Part shown: positions 1 through 8,246 of the stretch, piece by piece
Position numbering within the stretch: position 1 is the first letter of the stretch
How the letters are laid out: every line of letters begins with the position of its first letter
NCBI RefSeq assembly: GCF_006345805.1
Contig: NW_021827120.1
Coordinates: 1-11,041 of the forward strand
Direction of reading: 5' to 3'
DNA length: 11,041 bases
Source: Octopus sinensis
Taxonomy: Eukaryota
Notes under the pieces: model-generated
Told to the model about the DNA's origin: nothing
The model's database searches: none
The model's input: the letters and a program-made list of their open reading frames with translations, nothing else
Program-made: the position numbers and the translations under genes

Positions 1-265
1 CGTGCGTACGTACATACATACGTACATACATAATACATGCATACATACATACATACATACTACACATGCATACATACATACATACATACATACATGCATG
101 CATACATACATTCATACATACGTACATACATAGAAACATACATAGGAACGTACGTAAGTACATACATACATGCATACATACGTACGTACATTATACACCC
201 AGACATGCATATATGACAGATATATATAATATATATATTATATATACATACATATATATATATGT

Positions 266-309
<44 letters not shown>

Positions 310-478
310 CATATATGTATGAATATATATATATGTGTGTATGCTTGTGTGTGCGTATATATATATATATATATTATATATATATATATAGCGCGCACAT
401 ACACATGTATGTATATATGCAGAGAGGGAGGGAGAAGGAAGGAGAGAGAGGGAAAGAGAGAAAGAGAGAGAGAGACAG
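1..478. repeat. Compound microsatellite: (TACA)n, then (TA)n, then (GA)n
   Basis: Directly visible tandem tetra- and dinucleotide arrays; explains the overlapping YI/HT/MYVC-rich ORFs. Confidence 0.97.
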
Positions 479-524
479 GCTGTTAAGTCGACAGACATAT
501 TACCTTTCATTTACGAACTCTCAA

Positions 525-572
525 ATACATACATGTATGTATGTATGTATGTATGTATGTATGTATGTATAT
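525..572. repeat. (ATGT)n microsatellite
   Basis: About 11 tandem ATGT units. Confidence 0.95.
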
Positions 573-1001
573 AAATCAATATGTGAACCGTGTATAAAGG
601 GAAGCTGAGCACCAAGCACACAAGACCCTGCACTCCAATTGAAAACAAAACCCACGGCCAAAGGGATCTCAAACAAACCGAAGGGGAGAGAAAAGAAGAC
701 AAAGAGACAGGATCTAATTTGCTTGTTTGTTTTTCGGTGTTTCCGGGTACAAAGCATTTCATTTGTATCGCTGTAAATAAATGATTATTGGACAATCAAT
801 TCGACCGAGCCCCGGCTCAGGTTGGCAGAGCTCCTTGTAGAGGGGATTATTTATAGTCCAGTCTGCTCGGGATGCCATTAATCTGTCTGTTATATTTAGG
901 GCACAGCTTACCTGTTTAGAAAATGATGAGTGTGGCGGTGGTTGTTTGTTAGTGTTTTTCTCCTTGTTCTTGTTTTGTATTTGAGCCTTTGTATACACGC
1001 A

Positions 1002-1046
1002 AATATATATATATATATATTATATAATATATATATATATTATATA

Positions 1047-1117
<71 letters not shown>

Positions 1118-1151
1118 TGTATGTATGTATGTATGTATGTATGTATGTATA
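1002..1151. repeat. (TA)n followed by (GTAT)n microsatellite
   Basis: Directly visible. Confidence 0.97.
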
Positions 1152-1397
1152 TTAGAAGAAATGAGGTACTCAGAAATTCGAATGGTTTTATATTTACAGA
1201 TATTTATTTGTATATTACTTGTTTTTATACATCATATGTTAGATCATATATTAGCGCTTTCTCCCATTCTAGTGGGGTTTTCAAATCGAACTAAGTTCCT
1301 GTGAAAAAAGTTTTGACCATTTTATAGTGTTATTGAGTGTGTAGTGGTGGGGAGGGATATAAGACAGTGCAAGAGGGTGATGGATGGGGAAAAAGTG

Positions 1398-1398
1398 T

Positions 1399-1434
<36 letters not shown>

Positions 1435-1452
1435 CATGTGTGTGTGTGTGTT
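1398..1452. repeat. (GA)n(GT)n microsatellite
   Basis: Directly visible. Confidence 0.93.
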
Positions 1453-2618
1453 TTTGTATTTGGAAGGAATGTTAAAGAAAAAGAGGGGAAGGGAGAGGGA
1501 AGAAGAAGAAAAAATTGTTCTGCTGGACAGGATGTAAACATTTGCATATTTGGTGTGGAGGAAACCATTCGCCGAATGTGTAACGAACGCTTCCTGCAAC
1601 TTTAATGCCGCAACATCCAAACTTCGCAAGTTTATCCTTCAAATCATATTCACTTTGGAAATCTTTTATTCAAAACCGTAGAGACATTTGTCATGACTGG
1701 AAGCGACAGCATCAACCTTACCGAAGAAAAACCCAAACTAAACGTGTAGAAAAATAACCAAAATATTTTTAGCTGAAGTTAAAAGAGAAATTGTAAATAT
1801 AAAAACCGTTGTGAAGTTTTGAACTCAATACTGGCCAAGTTGACTGCCATTAAAGTGTCAAAGAAGACCCTCCCCCCTGTTAGCCATATCAAAAGAATGG
1901 CACCATGCTGGATACAGGAACTAGATTATTTTACAACAAAACAATTACAGCACAAAGAGGCATTTGTTGAACGAAAGAGAAAAGTCGATTATTGGAATTT
2001 TTTGCGAATAAGGGTAAGAGTAATTTTATTCCTGGAAATGTAAATACTGCACAAATGATATCAGGTGAACATTTTTCTGATATAGAATAACTTGAAGGAC
2101 AAGCGAAGACCTTGCTACAACTGTGTTGCACAATAATCACACCGACAGCTGCACTACTCCTACATCATGTACCCACATCCATTATCAGCAAAGTGCCGTC
2201 AGAGAACGTAAAAATTTTTGTGACAATAAAGAAATACTCTATGAGTCGAAATAGCGAAGGAAGAATATTTTCAATGAAATCTTTCCTGAGAAGATTGTTT
2301 AAGTTTTTGCAAAAACACCCTTAAGAAACGGTCGCATTTAACTAACGTTAAAACGAACTGAGTTTATTCTTACGATGTTTAACAAGATTCGGGGAGAAAA
2401 TTTCCAACAGTTTAAGAATATAGCACTTGTTTATCTGCCGTAGTTTCAAAGCAGCATCTTGAAGACGGTAAAGAATTAAGGAATAGTAAAAGAATGATAA
2501 ATACTCTCTTGGACCTGGAAAGTAGAAAAGGGCCAATTGATTGGCAGACGACCATCGGTCATGTGGCGTTGCTTTTCACATTCAACACAAACAACTACAT
2601 TACCGACACACACATATC

Positions 2619-2862
2619 CCCACCAACAACTACCACCACCACTACCACCAACAACAACCACCACCACCAACTACCACCACCACTACCAACGCCACCACCA
2701 ACACCACCACCAACAACAACAACAACTACCACCACCACTACCAACACCACCACCAACACCACCACCACCACCAACTACCACCACCACTACCAACACCACC
2801 ACCAACACCACCACCACCAACACCACCACCAACACCAGCACCAATAACAACAACAACAACGA
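2619..2862. repeat. (CAC/CAA/TAC)n trinucleotide-based low-complexity array with a higher-order unit
   Basis: Recurring AACTACCACCACCACTACCA block about four times within ACC/AAC runs; gives poly-T/P/H/Q ORFs in all three plus frames. Confidence 0.92.
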
Positions 2863-2913
2863 ACAGTGAAAAATAAAATGGAGTCCATGTTTGGAGACTT
2901 TCGAAAGGAAACC

Positions 2914-3256
2914 TTTTTTTTACTTGTTGGTTTTCTTAGTTCCCCTCGTACAGTTGACCCCTTCGTTGGGCAACAAGACGTCTCCAATAATCCAGGTTTT
3001 GAGCGTAGTCCCTCGCATCTTCTCAGGTGATGCTAAATTTCTCCAGATACTTTTTAAAGGTGGCCTGCAATGCTTTCTTAGGTCTCTCTCTTTTTATCCG
3101 ACCCTCTTGGGATCCCCATTGTGTAGTTGTCTTCGGTGTTCGTTCTTCTGATTGTTAGAAAACATGATCTTCAAGTCTCACTATTCTTTCCGCCACAGTC
3201 TCCTGCAAGTTGCGCAGATTGACTCTTCTCGGGTTTTCAGGGTCCGAAAATCGGAT
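2914..3256 (-). mobile_element. RTE-clade non-LTR retrotransposon, decayed 3' end (C-terminus of RT ORF plus short A-rich tail)
   Basis: Manual minus-strand translation of 3256-2936: IRFSDPENPRRVNLRNLQETVAERIVRLEDHVF*QSEERTPKTTTQWGSQEGRIKRERPKKALQATFKKYLEKFSIT*EDARDYAQNLDYWRRLVAQRRGQLYEGN*. This fits the RTE C-terminal pattern (RxxGHV..R.PK...W....G.R.RGRPK..W......L....I.W......A.DR..WR.LV). Two in-frame stops, one at a position where W is expected. Followed by an AAGT/A-rich tail. Confidence 0.85.
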
Positions 3257-3259
3257 GCA

Positions 3260-3525
3260 AAAGGAGGAGGATGGTTAGTGTAACCTGTCACTAGACTCAC
3301 TGAGAAAAACTCTGATATGGGGTGGGGGAATATAAACTCTACAGAAACGGCAAGGAAAGCAATTAACAACTACCTGTATGAAGAGAAAGACTTACCTCAA
3401 ATTACGACGTGATCAGGGAAAATACGAAGGGCTTCTTGGCCCCTGATGAAGAGTTCGATTCTTAGGAACAAATAAAAAAAGAAGATACTCAAATTGCTAC
3501 CTGGAACGTTCGAACACTTTTACAA
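3260..3525 (+). mobile_element. Non-LTR retrotransposon (RTE-like) 5' fragment with the start of the apurinic endonuclease domain
   Basis: 3493-3525 translates IATWNVRTLLQ, the TWNVRTL motif that opens the APE domain in RTE-type LINEs; a stop follows four codons later. The upstream boundary is inferred only from the end of the neighbouring fragment. Confidence 0.65.
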
Positions 3526-3841
3526 TTGGCACAATAAGCTAGGATTTCCGGGGATAATCTTAGCAAGAAAGATTTCTGTAGAAAGATAGCTGCACATGAA
3601 GGTTATTCTTAGAACATGTCAAATATTACAGTGTTACCATGATAATTGTGCTACCATGCTTACAGCAGTAAATTCTTCCGACCTTGCGATGCGACAGAAA
3701 TTACTTACGGGTAGCCGGACTGATCTGTTTATGAATTAAGTCGACTTGGACACGCACCCGGTGCAGTGACGGTAACATGATATCACAATTACGAACTACC
3801 GGTCTGTCTTTACTTTGTCTCCTCTCCCACTCTCTTCTCTC

Positions 3842-3877
3842 TATGTATATATATCTATCTACACACAATATATATAT

Positions 3878-3911
<34 letters not shown>

Positions 3912-3926
3912 TGATATATACATATA

Positions 3927-3973
<47 letters not shown>

Positions 3974-4032
3974 TATGTATGTATATATGTATAATATGTA
4001 TCTATGTATGTATGTATGTATATTATGTATGT
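3842..4032. repeat. (TA)n/(TATG)n microsatellite
   Basis: Directly visible. Confidence 0.95.
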
Positions 4033-4609
4033 ATTTAGGATGACTTTTAGGATATATTTCAGTATATTACCCTCCACAGAAATCAAGTCGGTCACCAACA
4101 AAATGGGCAAGTCTCTTTTGTTTAAATCAAGAGATGTGTTGGGGTTTGAGGATATGTGAACTGATTGATGTGTAAGTACATGTATGTATTTATGTGAGTA
4201 CATATGTGTGTGCGTGCGCGTGTGTGTGTGAGTACACGTAATATGTGTGTGTTTGAATACATTTGTATATATAGACAAGCTTGCATTCATGTTGTGTTTG
4301 TGCACGTCACTTTAGTAGACAGATGTATGTGCTTCATAAGTCTATGTGTGTCTGACTGTCTGCGTATGCATGTGCTTCGTTCCAGAACCTGAAATGGAGA
4401 CTCCCTGGAATGTATTATAAATATTCACTGCACTCCTTTGGACAACGTCAGCAAGGTCGAGAGAGGAATCCTGACGATTGGGCTACCCAGGATTTTGTTG
4501 TTTCTAGCCCAGGCCTGCGCAAAACTGGAGAGGACACTTCAGTGCTGCTGTAAAAAGTGGCAGAAAAAACACGGGTGGTAGCAGTCACGAGTGATAAGTC
4601 CATTCAGAT

Positions 4610-5130
4610 TGGCGTAAGATATTCACCGTATCAATAATCGACTAATCGACTGTATTTGGAGAATACGAATCAATTTACGTTGCTCTTTCATGGATTTTAT
4701 ACAAATTTGTTATTACAGAGTCTCGGGTAGCTATGGTAACAGTCACAAATAAACATTTATAGCCTGGAAATGAGAGTCGTCAATTTCCCATTAAAAAGCC
4801 ATCGCTTACCTTTTCCCAATTTTTGACGAGATTTTCACAGCTGCTGGGCAGCTGATGGCCGCAACAGTGTAAGACTTTAGTTTATTGTCCCGTACAGCTA
4901 TATCTGGCCTGTTATGCTTACCCCAGGCTGATGGTTTTATTGGAGTATTTAACTGGGATTCGACATTTTTAAAGGCGTGGATCCTGGGATGCCTTTGGTG
5001 GAACCATCGATAAAACCTTCCCTGCGCAGAGTATTGTAACACATAGTGTTAGGACAATATCATGTCTCATCCGAAGGTAGAACTTTTCCCAAAGTTCTGG
5101 ACAGATGCGGCTGATGGTCATATCGAAACG
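4610..5130 (-). mobile_element. Restriction-like endonuclease (RLE; R2/R4/NeSL group) non-LTR retrotransposon, decayed 3' coding fragment
   Basis: Across frameshifts: ..ISRICPELWEKFYLRMRHDIV (zinc-knuckle end plus RHD, 5059-5067), KHNRPDIAVRDNKLKSYTVAAISCPA (PD..D/E motif, NRPD at 4902-4913), LMGN*RLSFPGYKCLFVTVTI, KLIRILQIQSI (4644-4661), then DTVNI. An 8-bp tandem duplication TAATCGAC (4635-4650) accounts for the last frameshift. Confidence 0.85.
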
Positions 5131-5142
5131 CTCGCACGCAAA

Positions 5143-5222
5143 AACAAACACACACACACATACGAACACCACCCCCCACACACACATACACACATGCACA
5201 TACACAGATACACGTACATGCA
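5143..5222. repeat. (CA)n-rich microsatellite
   Basis: Directly visible; sits where the upstream part of the RLE element would be. Confidence 0.9.
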
Positions 5223-5682
5223 TTTTTTACTGCAATCTCTATGGGCAAGGAAGGTAAGCAGAGCAATGTAAACTAAATTCATTAAAACAGAATTATGAAT
5301 ACAAGAAATATAATTTCTACTTTTGAATTATCAAGAAGAAACAACAACAAAAAACCACTGAAACTAATTCTTCCAACAGACGGCCACAACTAAATTGTAT
5401 CTAAAACACATCAAAAACCGCCCCCAAACATACTCAGTTTCTTGTTTCCTAATTCTTGCTTCGCCCGTGAATATCCTTCTATTGGTCACATGACTTGAAA
5501 GGAGAGATTTTTGTTTTTCTATGTCACGTATTGTGTCATCGCTAACATTAATTATATCTTATCAACTAATTCACACAACACGATCACAGGGTTCACCTCC
5601 ACTCCTTCCACTTATTCCTGTTATTGGCACCTCATTACATCGCGGCTGATAGACATTTGTGTTATAAGCAATCGTTTCATTT

Positions 5683-5710
5683 TCTCTCTCTCTCCCCTCT
5701 CTCTCTCTCG

Positions 5711-5782
<72 letters not shown>

Positions 5783-5797
5783 CTAATATATATATAG
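5683..5797. repeat. (CT)n(AT)n microsatellite
   Basis: Directly visible. Confidence 0.95.
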
Positions 5798-5854
5798 TTT
5801 GAATAAAATAAAACGTCTGGTTTTCACATTTTTTTTATTATTATGCTATTCTAA

Positions 5855-5896
5855 CAAAATTAGCGCTTTCATACATATTGTACTTATCAGATTTCA
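5855..5896 (-). ncRNA. Minimal type I hammerhead ribozyme motif (Penelope type), with a G8-to-A core change
   Basis: Minus strand reads TGAAAT CTGATAA GTAC AATAT GTAT GAAA GCGC TA ATTTTG. Stem I TGAAAT/ATTTTG (4 WC plus 2 GU), core CUGAUAA (canonical CUGANGA), stem II GTAC/GTAT, GAAA, 1-bp stem III capped by palindromic GCGC, UA cleavage site between 5861 and 5860. Lies about 135 nt downstream of the PLE endonuclease stop. Confidence 0.8.
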
Positions 5897-6416
5897 AATG
5901 AATTTTTCGAATACCTTTTTGATCAATCCGCATGCTCTTAAAAATCACGGTTAGCCAGACGAACCGATATTCTGTAACTTGATTATATTTATTAATCCAC
6001 ATCATTAACTGGTTGTTATATTATTGCTGTTATATTATTCCACTCAGAAAAGGTTTGAACATTTTAATAAACCGTTTTTCTTTTATCTTTCTTGTAACCT
6101 TGCGGCATGTACTTTGTGGAAAGCAAAAAAATAGGAACATTTTCTGACCACATGTCTCTATATGGTCGCTCAATGGAATTTGGCGAACATTGGTGTTCCG
6201 GATTTGTTGTCTGTGGACTCGTGAGCGTTCCGATAATGCATTCCTGTATCGCCTCTATACAATTCCTCGCAATTCGAGCATTTAATGTAGTAGATCAAAT
6301 TTCTGCTTTTGCAGTTCATATCTGCATTTGCGACAATCTGTTAATTTTTTGTTCTAAGAGATCTATCTGTATGCATGTATTGACACGTTCCACATCTGTT
6401 ATCATTACACTTGGAT
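5855..6416 (-). mobile_element. Penelope-like element 3' end: Cys-rich linker, GIY-YIG endonuclease (pseudogenised), 3' UTR and hammerhead
   Basis: Minus-strand translation 6416-6030: SKCNDNRCGTCQYMHTDRSLRTKN*QIVANADMNCKSRNLIYYIKCSNCEELYRGDTG, a 1-nt frameshift, then NALSERSRVHRQQIRNTNVRQIPLSDHIETCGQKMFLF..RKIKEKRFIKMFKPFLSGII*. C-x4-C-x2-C at 6383-6409, LIY..C..C...YxG at 6251-6298, R..H, and the KE..FI..F.P.L end are PLE endonuclease hallmarks. Confidence 0.9.
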
Positions 6417-6728
6417 ACAATAAATCTGGAACACCAGTGTTCGCCAAATTCTATTGAGCGAACATACAGAGACAAGTGGTCAGAAAATGCTTCTAATTTT
6501 TCCTTTTTACAACCTACATGGCGCAAGTGAGGTTGGAAGAAAGATGAAAGAAAAATGGCTTATTAAAATGTTCAGACCTTTTCTGAACGGAAATAACAGC
6601 AATAATATAACAAACAGTTAATGGTGGAGATAATAAATATAAACAAATTACAGAATATCGGTTCTACCTGGCAAACCGTGATGTTTAAGGGCATGTGAAT
6701 TCATCAAAAGGGTATTCTAAAAATTCAG
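6417..6728 (+). mobile_element. Inverted second copy of the PLE 3' end (pseudo-LTR-like arm)
   Basis: Reverse complement aligns to 5899-6210 along its whole length (roughly 80-85% identity by eye). Frame 6424-6621 is open: IWNTSVRQILLSEHTETSGQKMLLIFPFYNLHGASEVGRKMKEKWLIKMFRPFLNGNNSNNITNS*. Confidence 0.9.
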
Positions 6729-7064
6729 CTGGTTGGAGTGCTCCCAGTCAAATGTAACCATCAACGGCTGGTCAGATTCTGTGACGTTATTTTTTTTTTC
6801 CATTCTATGAAACAGCGACACATGAGACTGGAGTCTGCTCGGCAAATTGGGTTCGTGTGAGTCTTACCAATTACGCATAATGTTTACCTCCACTGAGCTT
6901 ACGACTCCCCCTACACTACATGTAAGGTTGCGAGACAGCACCACTAGGATCCCCAAGGACACAGAACGCCTATCTCTAATTTCCGCAGAAGCAAGTGTAT
7001 CAAGGGGATGCAAGTTCTCTAGATTAGGACCCTTAACTATTTGAGGCGTTGCACTCAATATCTG

Positions 7065-7119
7065 GGATACGTTCTGAAGAGCCGAAAGTTGAAACTCAGA
7101 AAAAAGTAAACGTTTATTC
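7065..7119 (+). ncRNA. Type I hammerhead ribozyme motif with intact core and weakened stem II
   Basis: GGAT ACGTT CTGAAGA GCC GAAA GTT GAAA CT CAGAAAAA AG TA AACGT TT ATTC. Stem I ACGTT/AACGT (7069-7073 with 7109-7113), extendable by GGAT/ATTC across a TT bulge; CUGAAGA core; stem II GCC/GTT (GU, mismatch, CG) with GAAA loop; GAAA; stem III ACT/AGT; GUA triplet at 7106-7108. Confidence 0.72.
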
Positions 7120-7204
7120 AACTGGTTGAAATATTTGTATTTTACTCTTAAATATACACCGTGGCACTAGTTTAGGAATTTGGTTAGGTTTCAAGAAACA
7201 ATAA

Positions 7205-7545
7205 ATTATATATATATATATGGGTGTGTGTATATATATATGTGTGTGTGTGTATGCATGAATATATTTATTATACGCATACATATATATCTGGTATGAA
7301 CGTATGTTTGCGTACCTACAAGTGTGTAATGCACAGAAAGAGGAAATCATCAAGTTGCATGAAATATTGCCGTTAGAGAGCGCTGGCACTTGGATGAAAA
7401 ATGGCAAATGTGACAATAGTAAAATAAAGTGTAATAGCTACACACACACACACACATGCACATAAGCGCGCCCACACACAGACTCACATACTCACACATT
7501 GACACACGGACACTCATAATAGGTGCAGGTATATATATACACACA
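7205..7545. repeat. Interspersed (TA)n, (TG)n and (CA)n microsatellite tracts
   Basis: Directly visible short tracts separated by about 130 bp of unique sequence. Confidence 0.8.
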
Positions 7546-7654
7546 CCTACAAACAGACGTCGTCCCGAGCCCGTCATAATTCAAACAGTTAGGCTTCCAT
7601 GTATTTAGATGACCAGTGTCTTGTTTTCTTTTTGCCAGAAACAAATCACTTTTC

Positions 7655-7779
7655 TCGTCGTCGTCGTCGTCGTAGTTGTAGGAGTAATAGTATATTTCCT
7701 TACATATATTGTGTGTGTATTCATACATACATACATACATATATACATACATACATACTTAATATATATACATATCTAC

Positions 7780-7826
<47 letters not shown>

Positions 7827-7877
7827 TATACATACATATACAACATATACATAAATACGTACATACATACATACATT

Positions 7878-7913
<36 letters not shown>

Positions 7914-7915
7914 TA
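7655..7915. repeat. (TCG)n, (TACA)n and (TA)n microsatellites
   Basis: Directly visible. Confidence 0.92.
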
Positions 7916-7987
7916 CGTTTAAAATTTGTTGTGCAAGATTTTTATTTATTGGCTAAACTGGCAATATGACCATTCCGAAATATAACA

Positions 7988-7993
7988 ATATAC

Positions 7994-8027
<34 letters not shown>

Positions 8028-8046
8028 ATGTTTGTGTGTCTGTGTT
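7988..8046. repeat. (TA)n(TG)n microsatellite
   Basis: Directly visible. Confidence 0.92.
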
Positions 8047-8246
8047 TGCCCCCCCCCCCCAGCATCGCTTGACAACCGATGCTAGTGTGTTTACGTCCCC
8101 ATAACTTAGCGCTTCGGCAAAAGAGACCGATAAAATAAGTACTAGGCTTACAAAGAATAAGTCCCGGAGTCGATTTGCTCGACTAAAGGCGGTGCTCCAG
8201 CATGGCCATAGTCAAATGACTGAAACAAGTAAAATAGTAAAAGAGT
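8041..8246 (+). mobile_element. SINE-like repeat, 3' portion without the tRNA head
   Basis: 8125-8187 is visibly homologous to the central part of the SINE at 9625-9866 (GATAAAATAAGTACTAG vs GATAAATTAAGTACCAG; GGAGTCGATTTGCTCGACT vs GGGGTCGATGTGATCGACT). Ends GGCGGTGCTCCAGCATGGCC..GACTGAAACAAGTAAAA with an AGTAAAA-type tail, which I recall as an abundant octopus repeat (not verified by search). Confidence 0.75.

Noticed and set aside
60-608. Long ORFs rich in YI/HT/MYVC (also 930-1304, 3880-4305, 7599-7907, 8192-8566, 10163-10599)
   Set aside because: Translations of microsatellites that lack stop codons; not protein-coding evidence.
2113-2152. CYNC...H...C zinc-knuckle-like motif suggesting a gag remnant in the unassigned 1500-2530 region
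   Set aside because: Needs a frameshift, spacing is non-canonical (CX2CX4HX3C), and no other retroelement motif was found nearby.
2494-2876. Extensin-, mucin- or His-rich-looking ORFs
   Set aside because: All three frames are open only because of the CAC/CAA array; no splice or homology support.
3440-3470. CTGATGAAGAG..TTCT hammerhead-like start
   Set aside because: No GAAA directly after the putative stem II and no stem I or III.
4080-4171. Possible plus-strand 92-nt exon (CCACAG| ... |GTAAGT)
   Set aside because: Splice signals are plausible but the peptide is unrecognisable and no partner exon can be linked.
6107-6526. ORFs 6107..6457 (+) and 6341..6526 (-) sharing an FSDHxSLY..S.EFGEHWCS motif, like a duplicated novel domain
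   Set aside because: The shared motif is the antisense translation of the two PLE arms; only the end of the minus ORF (SKCNDNRCGTC) is in a real coding frame.
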